Positions 17,909 to 27,773 of a stretch of DNA of 33,909 nucleotides are shown piece by piece. How positions within the stretch are numbered: the first letter of the stretch is position 1; every line of letters begins with the position of its first letter. Source of the stretch: Promethearchaeota archaeon (GTDB taxonomy: Archaea > Asgardarchaeota > Lokiarchaeia > Sigyniarchaeales > SOKP01); NCBI GenBank assembly GCA_048938855.1, contig JBHLLT010000025.1, positions 1-33,909 of the forward strand, written 5' to 3'. The notes below the pieces were generated by a model. That model was given only the letters and a program-made list of their open reading frames with translations, did not search any database and was not told the DNA's origin. Made by a program: the position numbers and the translations under genes.

Positions 17909-18706
17909 CTAGTATACATTTATTTCAATTGTATCATCATTGATAATTTCATTAAATATTGAAGCGATTTCTCTTTTTCTATTATCATCAATTGAGAAAA
18001 TAAAATATTCAGCAGGAATCCTTGCGGTTGAGTAAATTTGTATAATATCCGGTTTTATTTGTTTTAATGCATGAGCTAAATCAAAAATGTTTGAAGTATT
18101 ATTATTTGGAATAAAATCATCTTTGTATGAATTAAAAATTAAACATTGAATCGCTAATTTATTTTTTTTAGGCATTTCTAGTTTTAGTTTAATTAATGAC
18201 TCAATTATTTTTTTAATATTAGGAGTATCGCGATGAGGTCGGTTAGTTCTCTTGAAATCAATATCATTAGCCACGTCCAATTTAGCTAAAACTAACTCAA
18301 ATTGACTGACATTTTTTCTTATCTTATCAATATATAACGTGCTAGAATTGGTAAATAATGTAATCGTTGGTTCATTGTTAGTCCAATTTAAATTATTTCT
18401 TACGTCCAATGCGATTTTAAGAAAATCCAATAAATTTTCATTTAGAGTTGGTTCACCATTATAACCAAAAGTGATTGAATTTAAATGCGGGAAATATCTT
18501 AAAATTGACAGTAGTTCCTTACGAAAGTCAGATGATGGGGGTAAATTTATTTTATGATTCGGAGAAACTAAATTGTCGTGTTTTGTTAATCCTATTTCGC
18601 AATAAACACAATTATATGTACACAATTTATAATCTGCTAAAACATTTACTCCTAGAGAGAGTCCTAATCGTCTTGATTGAAAAGGGCCATATGTGTACTT
18701 ACGCAT
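17909..18706 (-). CDS. Radical SAM protein
   Basis: YGPFQSRRLGLSLG; CTYNCVYC; GEPTL; TNS; KLD. Confidence 0.9.
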   Translation of the reverse strand: MRKYTYGPFQSRRLGLSLGVNVLADYKLCTYNCVYCEIGLTKHDNLVSPNHKINLPPSSDFRKELLSILRYFPHLNSITFGYNGEPTLNENLLDFLKIALDVRNNLNWTNNEPTITLFTNSSTLYIDKIRKNVSQFELVLAKLDVANDIDFKRTNRPHRDTPNIKKIIESLIKLKLEMPKKNKLAIQCLIFNSYKDDFIPNNNTSNIFDLAHALKQIKPDIIQIYSTARIPAEYFIFSIDDNRKREIASIFNEIINDDTIEINVY

Positions 18707-18715
18707 TTTACTTGC

Positions 18716-19477
18716 TTATAATTGATTTTTAATAAATTTTTCAATAACTTGGTTTACTTTTTTAGGTTTCTCTAACATGACGCCATGACCGGCTTTATCT
18801 ATTATGTAAAGTTCTGAATTTTTAATTTTATCATGAAAAAATTGTGAATATTTTACAGGGGTAAGTTGATCATACTTACCACATATAATTAAACAAGGAA
18901 TTCCAATTGTATTAGTCTTATCTAATGTATCATAAGCATCACAGATCTTAAAATCACGATAAACCACGTCTGGATCTGCTTGAGAGGTCTCAAAAACCGC
19001 ATCTTCAATCACAGATTTTGAAGTTTTTTTATAAAATGTCCCTGTTGCAAAAGAATTTATATATTTCTGAAAATCAGGTTTTATTGAATCAAATATTACA
19101 TGACTTACTCGCATCCTTCCTCCCGTAGCACATAAAATCATAGCAGAGACTTCATTTGGATTTCTAAAATAATATTCTTGGCTTACAACTCCTCCCATAG
19201 AATGTCCTCCTAAAATTAACTTTTCAGGATTCAAAATCTCTACTAATTTTTTTACAACATCAACATATAAATCTAAAGACAATTCAGAAAAATTATTGGA
19301 TTTATTATGTGAGGGTAAATCAATAGCAATAATATTGTAATCGACATTTAAATAAAATTGATTCTCCCAAACATTTGAATTACCTCCTGCTCCGTGTACA
19401 AGAATGAAGATTTTTTTAGAAGAGTTATCTTTTAATTGATAAAAAATTTGCTTTCCAGAGTATTCGAAATATGGAAT
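18716..19477 (-). CDS. Alpha/beta hydrolase (N-terminus extended to a probable ATT start)
   Basis: GHSMGG nucleophile, GKYDQLTP, AGH. The frame stays open 65 codons upstream of the track's TTG and encodes IPYFEY...LVHGAGG...AIDLPSH. Confidence 0.88.
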   Translation of the reverse strand: MPYFEYSGKQIFYQLKDNSSKKIFILVHGAGGNSNVWENQFYLNVDYNIIAIDLPSHNKSNNFSELSLDLYVDVVKKLVEILNPEKLILGGHSMGGVVSQEYYFRNPNEVSAMILCATGGRMRVSHVIFDSIKPDFQKYINSFATGTFYKKTSKSVIEDAVFETSQADPDVVYRDFKICDAYDTLDKTNTIGIPCLIICGKYDQLTPVKYSQFFHDKIKNSELYIIDKAGHGVMLEKPKKVNQVIEKFIKNQL

Positions 19478-19595
19478 AATATCACACCTAATTGAAACCT
19501 AAATTATGTAGGAAAAAAATTGATCATAATTTAGTTTTATTAAAAACGATAAGTTAAAACCTTTTAGAAGAGAAAAATATTAGGAGGGAAGATAA

Positions 19596-21812
19596 CTAAT
19601 TATTGATTTCAATATCACGATTTTGCATTTCGAGAAGACGTTTGTATTTTCCATTTAAGTTGATTAAGCTATCATGGTCACCTTGCTCTATTATTCCCTT
19701 TTTATCTGCATTCAACACTATAATGTGATCAGCATTTTTTATTGTTGAGAGACGATGTGCAATAATAATAGTAGTCCTCCCCTCACGAGCCTTGTTTAAT
19801 GCGTCTTGTATCAAGGTTTCAGTATAAGGGTCTACTGAAGAAGTAGCTTCATCTAAAATAAGAATTTTTGGATCGGTTATTAAAGCACGAGCAAAAGCAA
19901 TCAATTGCCTCTGCCCTATTGAAATATTACTACCATTTTCTTTCAATTTAGTATCATAATTTTTATATAAAGCGTCAATAAAATTATGTAAACCCAAAAA
20001 TTTTGAGACTTCTATCATCCTTTTTTCAAGGTCTGGAGTGACAGTCTCGTATCCATATAATATATTTTCTCGAATAGTTCCTGTGAATAAAAATGCTTCT
20101 TGTGGAACAATTCCGATTAAATCTCTTAACTCTTTTTTTTTAAAATTCAATATATCAACCCCATCTATAAGAACTCTACCATCATTTACATCATAAAAAC
20201 GAGCAATCAATTTAATTAACGTGGTTTTACCTGCTCCAGTTTCTCCTACAATAGCTAGTGTCATACCTTCAGGAATTTTTAAATTGAGGTTTTTCAAAAC
20301 ATAACCCGTAGATTCTTTATGTTGGAGGATTATTTTTTGCTCATCAATCAGATCTTTTATGGTTTTAGGTATTCTATCATTTATTTCTGGTGATATTGTT
20401 ATTTCAGCAAGAATTTTTAAAATATTTTGAGGAGATTTTTGTACATTTTCATTTCTAATCATCCCTCCTCCATCTCCACTAATATTGCTACTTTGTTGAA
20501 GATTTGTTTTAATTTTTAACATATTTTCGAGAGATTTAGCCATCTTTAGAATGGTTTCACCATTTATAGTCTCATCAAATATATAATCATCTTCTAATTT
20601 CTGTACCTTGGATTCAATTTTTACCGCTTCATTATTAAGTGTATAACCGAAACTCACATTTTCAAATTCAATTGTGCCTTTTATATAATCAAGGGATGTT
20701 GGATACTCGACATCAGGAATCTCAACTTGTTCTTCTAATAATGAATAAATTCGGTCACTAGCAGCTAAAGCTGATTCGATTACGTTCTGAATTTGCATTA
20801 ATGTCATAAATGGCCTAAAAAATCTACCTAAAATTGTAATAAAAGCACTTAAAACCCCAACTGAAACAGTAATCCCAAAAAGGGAGATTGTACCCGATTC
20901 TACAAACCCTCCCACTAATAAAATGGTTGCTGTAATAATGGTAGTTATAAGATTGATTAATGGAAAAATAGTTGCCATATATTTACGAATTCTAACCATA
21001 ATTTTATAATTAGCGGTATTTGCTTGATCAAATTCAACAGCAGCTCGTTGTTCTTGGCCATATGCTTTCACCACTTTTGCTCCCTCTATATTTTCCTGTA
21101 TTGAAGAGGTTACTCTCCCTATAGTTCTTCTTTCTTCCCTAAATAATAAAGTTGCTACTTTTTTGAAAAATCGAGTAATTATAAAGAATAAAGGAAAAAT
21201 TAACAGACTAATTATAGCTAAAGCCACATTGAGGAAAAACATAAATACCATAGTTAATCCAATCGATACTATACTTGTTATTATTTGGACAAATTGTCCT
21301 CCTACTAATTGATTGAGTAATGTAACATCATTAGTTAAAATGGAAATTATTTGGCCTGAAGATTTTTTGTCAAAATAATTTAAAGACATCTCTTGTAGTT
21401 TAGAAAAAAGGTCATTTCTAACTTGAAAAGTCACTTCTTGAGAAAGTTTACCCATTCCATATAAAGCAAAATAATTTATAATTACCATGATAAAGACTAA
21501 TATCAGAAAAATACAACTCATTATAATAATATAGTACGGATCTTTTGCAACTATCCCTCTATCAATTATATTTGCAGAAAAAATAGGCGTTAAAGCAGAT
21601 ATTATAGTTGCAAATAAAAGAAAGATAAAAAACAATAAGAATCTATATTTTTGTGGTTTTAAATATGAAAATAACCAACTCCACAATTGTCTACGTGGAT
21701 GATCTAGTTTCCTTTTATCCCCTTCTAGCATAAAGCGTTGACGAGTACTAGCACTTGGTTTAATTATTTCCTCTTTTTCCTCGTCATCATTATTATATTT
21801 ATTATTGCTCAT
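19596..21812 (-). CDS. Heterodimeric ABC exporter subunit (TMD-NBD, TM288-like) with large NBD insertion
   Basis: Six-TM domain; GETGAGKT, ISIGQ (degenerate signature), LDEATSS, AHRLST. Start moved to MSNNKY (21812) to remove the overlap. Confidence 0.92.
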   Translation of the reverse strand: MSNNKYNNDDEEKEEIIKPSASTRQRFMLEGDKRKLDHPRRQLWSWLFSYLKPQKYRFLLFFIFLLFATIISALTPIFSANIIDRGIVAKDPYYIIIMSCIFLILVFIMVIINYFALYGMGKLSQEVTFQVRNDLFSKLQEMSLNYFDKKSSGQIISILTNDVTLLNQLVGGQFVQIITSIVSIGLTMVFMFFLNVALAIISLLIFPLFFIITRFFKKVATLLFREERRTIGRVTSSIQENIEGAKVVKAYGQEQRAAVEFDQANTANYKIMVRIRKYMATIFPLINLITTIITATILLVGGFVESGTISLFGITVSVGVLSAFITILGRFFRPFMTLMQIQNVIESALAASDRIYSLLEEQVEIPDVEYPTSLDYIKGTIEFENVSFGYTLNNEAVKIESKVQKLEDDYIFDETINGETILKMAKSLENMLKIKTNLQQSSNISGDGGGMIRNENVQKSPQNILKILAEITISPEINDRIPKTIKDLIDEQKIILQHKESTGYVLKNLNLKIPEGMTLAIVGETGAGKTTLIKLIARFYDVNDGRVLIDGVDILNFKKKELRDLIGIVPQEAFLFTGTIRENILYGYETVTPDLEKRMIEVSKFLGLHNFIDALYKNYDTKLKENGSNISIGQRQLIAFARALITDPKILILDEATSSVDPYTETLIQDALNKAREGRTTIIIAHRLSTIKNADHIIVLNADKKGIIEQGDHDSLINLNGKYKRLLEMQNRDIEINN

Positions 21813-21828
21813 TGTTATAATTAAAAAT

Positions 21829-23592
21829 TTATATTTCTTGCCCAATTTGACTTTTTGAGATCTGTTTTTGATATAAAGTTTCATAGATTTGTTTATATAG
21901 GACATTTGATTTAATCAATTCATTATGTGTCCCATATCCTACGACACGCCCTCTATCTAAAATTAAAATATAATCTACTCCCCTTATAGTTGAGATTCTC
22001 TGGGTAATAATAATCGATGTAATATCTTTCATTATTCTTGTTAAAGCCTGTTGGATTTTATATTCAGTTTCAACATCAACAGAACTGGTACTGTCATCAA
22101 GAATTAATATTTTAGGTCTTGTTATAAGAGCTCTTGCTATTGACAACCGTTGTTTTTGACCGCCTGAAAGACGTGTTCCTCTTTCACCCACAATAGTTTT
22201 ATATTCTTTTGGTAATTTAACAATAAAGTCGTGTAAATCTGCTATTTTTGCAGCATTAATTATTTCTTCTCTTGAAGCATTTTCTTTTCCATAAGCAATA
22301 TTTTCTGCTATTGTCTTGTTGAATATAAAAGTTTCTTGTGATACAATGCCAATATTTTTACGTAGATCACTTATCAGATAATTTTTTAAGTTAATATTGT
22401 CAATTTTAATGGATCCTTTATTTAATTCGTAAAATCGAGGTATTAAATTTATTATTGTTGATTTACCTGAACCTGTTGTTCCTAAAATAGCAAGCTTTTT
22501 TCCAGCAGAAATCTTGAATGATATTTTTTTTAGAATTCGATGTTCAGAAGTGTACCCAAATGAAACATTATCAAATTCTATATCTCCTCTTAAATTAGAT
22601 ATCGGTATAGCATTAGGAATATCTTTAATCTCTGGGCTTGACTCCAGAATATCTCTTACCCTCGTAAGAGCTGCATCAGCTTGAATGTACACTATCATAA
22701 TTTGACCTAACATCATTAAAGGAAAACCTAGTGAGGCAATATAAGAAAGGAGGGTTACTATTATACCTAATGAAATTGTTTCATTTATAAACCCAATACC
22801 ACCTATGAATAAAGAAAAAACTGTCATTATTCCTATGATAATATACATAGCAGGCATAGTAAGTGAGTTATATTTAACAGAATTAACACTAGCTCTATAA
22901 AATCTGTTATTATTTTCCTTGAATTTTTGATATTCTTTAGTTTGAGTACTAAAGATTCGGATAACTTGAGCACCGACAATATTTTCCCTTATTGTAGTTG
23001 TTAGATCCCCAAAACTATATCTAGTTTCTAAAAAAATTGGTTTTAATTTCTTGGCAATATAGTATGATAATATTAAGGAACTTAAAATCGCTAAAACTAA
23101 GATAAATGATAAATTTAAACTAAAAGCAAAAAAACCAATAATAATCCCACTAATCTGAAGAAATGATTGTAGCCCTAAAATTAACCCCATACCAAATATC
23201 TGTCGAGTTTCTTCAATATCACTTGTAGTTCGAGATATTAATTGACCTGTTTCAGTTTTATCGAAGTAAGAAAATGATTGGCGATGTAATGTATTACTAA
23301 TGTCATCGCGTAGATAATATAGGGCTCTCGATGAAACTTCAGCTCCTTGAAGCCGAGCAGCCCTATTAAAGATATAGGTTAATAATCCTAAAATGCCTAT
23401 TAAAATGAAATAAATAATAAATAAAATAAAATTAAAACTTGAAAGATTCGGATCTAATAATCCGACCATTCTTCCGATAAATATGGGAATAATAGTAGCA
23501 AAAATTGTTGAAAGTAATAAATATGTAATTTGTAAAATAAATGATCTTCTCGACTTTAACCAATACTTAAATATCATTCGAGCAGAATTCAT
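21829..23592 (-). CDS. Heterodimeric ABC exporter subunit (TMD-NBD, TM287-like)
   Basis: GTTGSGKS, LSGGQ, LDDSTSS (Glu to Asp), TQR (His to Gln): classic degenerate site. Confidence 0.93.
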   Translation of the reverse strand: MNSARMIFKYWLKSRRSFILQITYLLLSTIFATIIPIFIGRMVGLLDPNLSSFNFILFIIYFILIGILGLLTYIFNRAARLQGAEVSSRALYYLRDDISNTLHRQSFSYFDKTETGQLISRTTSDIEETRQIFGMGLILGLQSFLQISGIIIGFFAFSLNLSFILVLAILSSLILSYYIAKKLKPIFLETRYSFGDLTTTIRENIVGAQVIRIFSTQTKEYQKFKENNNRFYRASVNSVKYNSLTMPAMYIIIGIMTVFSLFIGGIGFINETISLGIIVTLLSYIASLGFPLMMLGQIMIVYIQADAALTRVRDILESSPEIKDIPNAIPISNLRGDIEFDNVSFGYTSEHRILKKISFKISAGKKLAILGTTGSGKSTIINLIPRFYELNKGSIKIDNINLKNYLISDLRKNIGIVSQETFIFNKTIAENIAYGKENASREEIINAAKIADLHDFIVKLPKEYKTIVGERGTRLSGGQKQRLSIARALITRPKILILDDSTSSVDVETEYKIQQALTRIMKDITSIIITQRISTIRGVDYILILDRGRVVGYGTHNELIKSNVLYKQIYETLYQKQISKSQIGQEI

Positions 23593-23698
23593 TGAACAAC
23601 CTATTCTTATAATCTATTTATTTAATTATTTTGGAGCTGATTTATTATGATAAGTTAATAATTTAAAATAAAAAGAAATTGTTTATATCTCTTACTTT

Positions 23699-24460
23699 TT
23701 AGCTTACTTCCATTGTATTAAACGATCGTGCCCCTAGTAAAATAAGTATTGTGCCAAATACTGATACAACTAATAGATCAAGCCAAACGGGAAAAAATGA
23801 AGTTCCTATTAAAACCAATCTGAAGAGATCGACACTATAAGTAAATGGATTAAACATTGAAACAACTCCTATGGGGCCACTTATAACGTAAACTGCACCT
23901 GATATCAAGAACATAGGCATAACAATAAATGTTTGCACTAGACCAAAAGATTGAAAATCTCTCATTCGAGTGCTAATTGTAAGGCCCATTCCTACGATAC
24001 CTATGCTTGATAATAATGCAACAGGTAAAATCAATAGTATTTTCCAGATTAAGTTAAAATCATAACCAAAATATCCAAAAATTACACTTAATATAACAAT
24101 AATAAATACTTGAGTTAATGTTTGTAAAGCGACTCCTAGGGTCTTCCCCAGCATTAAAGTTCTTCTACTTACTGGAGCAACAATTAACTCTTTCATAAAT
24201 CCAAACATTTTATCTCTCATAACGCCCATACCGCCAAAAATTCCAGTAAAAAGAATAATTATAGCAGATATTCCTGAAGCTGCGTAAGCTCTCGGATCAA
24301 TATTTATTCCATTTATCACAACTGATGAACTTGTAAGAGCGGCACTAAAAACAAACAAAAAGAGAATGCCTTGAACTAGTGATGAAATTAATCTAGTTTT
24401 ATTTCTCCAAAATTCATAAACCTCTCTCCGAGCTAGTATCCATATAGCCTCAAAATTCAA
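23699..24460 (-). CDS. ABC-2 type permease (DrrB-like); start may lie at ATA 24490
   Basis: RDKMFGFMKELIVAPVSR, PMFLISGA, NPFTYSVDLFR. Confidence 0.92.
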   Translation of the reverse strand: MNFEAIWILARREVYEFWRNKTRLISSLVQGILFLFVFSAALTSSSVVINGINIDPRAYAASGISAIIILFTGIFGGMGVMRDKMFGFMKELIVAPVSRRTLMLGKTLGVALQTLTQVFIIVILSVIFGYFGYDFNLIWKILLILPVALLSSIGIVGMGLTISTRMRDFQSFGLVQTFIVMPMFLISGAVYVISGPIGVVSMFNPFTYSVDLFRLVLIGTSFFPVWLDLLVVSVFGTILILLGARSFNTMEVS

Positions 24461-24496
24461 TTTACTATTATTAACATTTAAATCGGATATTTTACA

Positions 24497-25819
24497 TCAC
24501 CTCGTTAATTGCCTCATTTGTATGCGATTTTTTATACTTTTAGTAAGATTAGATGTCTCTTCTCTAATTTCGGCTCCAACAAAATGTAGAAACACATCTT
24601 CTAATTTTGGTTCATGAACATTCACAGTTTTTATGATAAGGTTATTTTCATCAACTTTTCTGATAATTTCCGAAAGACAGGCACCTCCATGTTCGCACGA
24701 GATCGAAATTTCCGGTTCAGAATCATATTGTTCCTCTGAAATTTCCCCTTTTTTAATTTTAATAATCTCTAATTTAATTTCATCGGGAATTTGACTAAGA
24801 AGATCATCAGTAACAAGATCAGCAATTCTTTTTTTCACCTCTAATGGAGCGTTTAAGATCATTTGTGTTGCCATTGGAAATCGTTTCATGGCTGCAATCA
24901 ATTTTTTCGGGTCTGACATTATCTCTCTCATTTGAGCTCTAATTATTTCAGGATTAAAATTAGGCATATTTTTTGGAAGATTTAAATTCATAGGTAATTC
25001 CTTATTAAGTGATGATCGCCCAAATGAAATATTTTTAATACTTGGACCTTCTCTAATTTGGGAAATAAAATTTACAATCTTCATTCTATCATTTACGTTC
25101 TCAAATTTTATTTCAATTATATCTCCAGAAATTTGCTTTTTAAGGTTGTCTGAGGTATCCAAAGCGATGATTTTTCCATGATCCATGATACAAATTCTGT
25201 CTGCTAATACATCAGCTTCTTCCATATAATGGGTTGTTATTAAAATAGTTATACCTAAATCCTCATTTAATTCTCTAATTTTATCCCATATTTTACGCCT
25301 GGTTTGGGGATCTAAACCTAAAGTTGGCTCATCTAGAAACAACATTTTTGGTCTATGCAACAAACCGCGTGCTATTTCTAGTCTTCTCTTCATTCCTCCA
25401 GAATAATTTTTCACAAAAGTATTCGCTTTATCTTGTAAATCAACTAAATTGAGAACTTCACTTATTTTTTCTTTTCTTTCCGATTTTGTCATCCCATATA
25501 AGATGGCATGGAGCTCCAAATTTTCCCTTCCTTTCATTTCATTATCTAAAGATGGTTCTTGAAACACAATACCTATACTTTTTCTAACTTGATCGGGATG
25601 TTTTTTGACATCATAAGTATTTACTAAAGCTTCTCCATCAGTAGGATTTAAAATAGTTGATAAAATTGAAATGGTAGTCGTTTTTCCTGCTCCATTTGGA
25701 CCTAAAAGAGCAAAAATTTCTCCTCTGTGTATATTAAAACTTATATTATCGACGGCTAATACATTACCTTGATCATATATTTTAGTAAGATTTTTTACCT
25801 CAACAATGTTTTCATTCAT
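24497..25819 (-). CDS. ABC ATP-binding protein (DrrA-like) with C-terminal insertion
   Basis: GPNGAGKTT, YSGGMKRRL, FLDEPTLGLDP, TTHYMEEA, PKLEDVFL. Confidence 0.94.
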   Translation of the reverse strand: MNENIVEVKNLTKIYDQGNVLAVDNISFNIHRGEIFALLGPNGAGKTTTISILSTILNPTDGEALVNTYDVKKHPDQVRKSIGIVFQEPSLDNEMKGRENLELHAILYGMTKSERKEKISEVLNLVDLQDKANTFVKNYSGGMKRRLEIARGLLHRPKMLFLDEPTLGLDPQTRRKIWDKIRELNEDLGITILITTHYMEEADVLADRICIMDHGKIIALDTSDNLKKQISGDIIEIKFENVNDRMKIVNFISQIREGPSIKNISFGRSSLNKELPMNLNLPKNMPNFNPEIIRAQMREIMSDPKKLIAAMKRFPMATQMILNAPLEVKKRIADLVTDDLLSQIPDEIKLEIIKIKKGEISEEQYDSEPEISISCEHGGACLSEIIRKVDENNLIIKTVNVHEPKLEDVFLHFVGAEIREETSNLTKSIKNRIQMRQLTR

Positions 25820-25924
25820 AATCTCTTTTACGTTAACTTTTTATTGTAATTATACTTTTCTATTAATTTTTTTAACTTTTTACATTAATTTTCTTAACTC
25901 ATTTATATTGTTTTAAAAAAATGT

Positions 25925-26899
25925 TTATTTATTCCTTATTTTATTTATCTTTCGCCGCCGGATTATTAAAAAAATACCAATTCCGGCAATACAAATTGCC
26001 GATATAATGACTGTGGTATAGAATATCCAAACTGAATCGGTAGCAATAATCTGAAATATTACATTATTTCCAATATCTTTAACTGTAAACGAGGACATTG
26101 TCCCTTTGGAACTATACGCAATTTCTATGGTATAATTTGTTTCACCAATACGGTAAGTTGTAAGAATATTAGTATTAACTGTAGCATTTTGACAATTAAG
26201 TGCAGTAGTAAGGTCTCCAAGATAGGAGCTAAAGGGAGAGCCTAAAGCTAGTCCATTAAAGATAAATAGCCATAAAAATTCATCTGAATCAAAGATAGGA
26301 AATGTAATATTTGAAAAATAAATTGCAGGATTACTATTCAGTTTAGCTGATAAGTTATTATAATCATTAAGTATATCATCGATATCTGATGGATTTTGAA
26401 ATATTAAAAGTGGATCGTTTGGTTCGGTAGGATCTTCTTCAAAACTTCCAATAGTAAAATTCCATACAGCTCGTAAACCAAACCATAAATTATAGCTATT
26501 TGTATAATTAGCATTTATATTAGTTTCATTATAACCTAGATTATTTAATAAAACTAATAACGGGATAATTTCTTCGGATTCGAATAATGCTGGTAGAAAA
26601 AATGAAACAAATACGTCATAAGATTCCCATGTTACATAATTCCAACCTTTTACTGTGTATTTGCTTCTCGCACCAGTATAATTTGTTTCACCTTTAAACC
26701 AACTTGAAGGAGATGTAGATGAATTGACAACAGTTTTCCACGCTGCTTCATCATAATGTGAAACTGTAAAAATTTCAGTACTCTTAGTTAAAGCAATGTT
26801 ATAGTTTCCATTAGCTATAGTAATGGTTGAAAACATTCCTAAAAAAATGATACAGAAAAGTGACGTTCCAATAATGTAAATTTTAGTATTTTTATTCAT
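25925..26899 (-). CDS. Hypothetical membrane-anchored extracellular protein
   Basis: N-terminal signal/TM, many N-glycosylation sequons, C-terminal TM followed by RRRK; 1 nt from the upstream permease stop. Confidence 0.8.
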   Translation of the reverse strand: MNKNTKIYIIGTSLFCIIFLGMFSTITIANGNYNIALTKSTEIFTVSHYDEAAWKTVVNSSTSPSSWFKGETNYTGARSKYTVKGWNYVTWESYDVFVSFFLPALFESEEIIPLLVLLNNLGYNETNINANYTNSYNLWFGLRAVWNFTIGSFEEDPTEPNDPLLIFQNPSDIDDILNDYNNLSAKLNSNPAIYFSNITFPIFDSDEFLWLFIFNGLALGSPFSSYLGDLTTALNCQNATVNTNILTTYRIGETNYTIEIAYSSKGTMSSFTVKDIGNNVIFQIIATDSVWIFYTTVIISAICIAGIGIFLIIRRRKINKIRNK

Positions 26900-26900
26900 T

Positions 26901-27773
26901 CTATAATTGCCTCCGTTTAAATAAAAATGCAGCTAATGCAAGATAAATAACTATAAAAACAAGTAGTAATGTAATCCCCATCCCAATACTTGGAGTTACC
27001 CATGAACCAAATGTGAAGTTTCCGCCCATACCCCCTGGACCCATGCCACTAAATGAAAATTCAGTAAATCTTGGATTAGGGAAAGGATATTCTAGGATCC
27101 CAGTTATGAGAGATCCCAAATATGTTAGAGAGTATAATGGTTCAATGCTATCACCAAATATCAGTGCTAGGATTTGATCTGATATATTAAATCCAATAAG
27201 AAGAATAAGCAAGGTCGATATGATTGTTAAATTTACACTTCTCATAAAAGAACTAAAAAAAGTTACAAAGCTACTTAGTGCTATCACATATAATATCGCA
27301 ATCCCATAGGAATAAAAGAATCGGATGTTAATAGGTCCACCATAATAGAAAAACCCTAAGAGTCCTAAGACAAAATAATAAATAGTTATAATAACAACAA
27401 CGAGAACCAAGTTTCCAAAATATTTTCCTATTATCAATTTATATTTATTTATTTTAGGAAAAACGATAAAACCCGTTTTCTTATTGAATTCAGAACAAAT
27501 TATTCCTGAGAAAAATAGACACGCAGCAAATAGAGTTAAAAATGTAATAAATCGCAAACCATTATTAAAGAACTCGGCTTGTGTATCAGGTAGAAGATAA
27601 CTAGGGATTAATTGTAGGACATAACCCAATAAGAATGCAATAACAATTGAGATTAATGAAAAGAAATAAAACTTTTTTCTTTGTTTTTTAATTTCAAATG
27701 TAATCGTATAAATTATTGGTTTTAATCCTATAAATTTTTGATTTCTATTTTCCATTTTCTTGTAATCCTCCAT
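26901..27773 (-). CDS. ABC-2 family permease
   Basis: Six TM; 'SEFNKKTG...PKINKYKLIIGK' coupling motif; overlaps the ATPase 3' end. Confidence 0.88.
   Translation of the reverse strand: MEDYKKMENRNQKFIGLKPIIYTITFEIKKQRKKFYFFSLISIVIAFLLGYVLQLIPSYLLPDTQAEFFNNGLRFITFLTLFAACLFFSGIICSEFNKKTGFIVFPKINKYKLIIGKYFGNLVLVVVIITIYYFVLGLLGFFYYGGPINIRFFYSYGIAILYVIALSSFVTFFSSFMRSVNLTIISTLLILLIGFNISDQILALIFGDSIEPLYSLTYLGSLITGILEYPFPNPRFTEFSFSGMGPGGMGGNFTFGSWVTPSIGMGITLLLVFIVIYLALAAFLFKRRQL

Noticed and set aside
20301-20642. NBD insertion as an intein
   Set aside because: No C-terminal His-Asn followed by Cys/Ser/Thr, no recognisable splicing blocks or LAGLIDADG motifs.
21829-23592. Walker B Glu>Asp and switch His>Gln as pseudogenisation
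   Set aside because: Standard degenerate site of TM287/TM288-type heterodimeric exporters, matched by the partner's ISIGQ signature.
24497-24499. UGA as selenocysteine
   Set aside because: Falls at the natural end of the ATPase, not at a Cys-equivalent catalytic position; no SECIS recognised.
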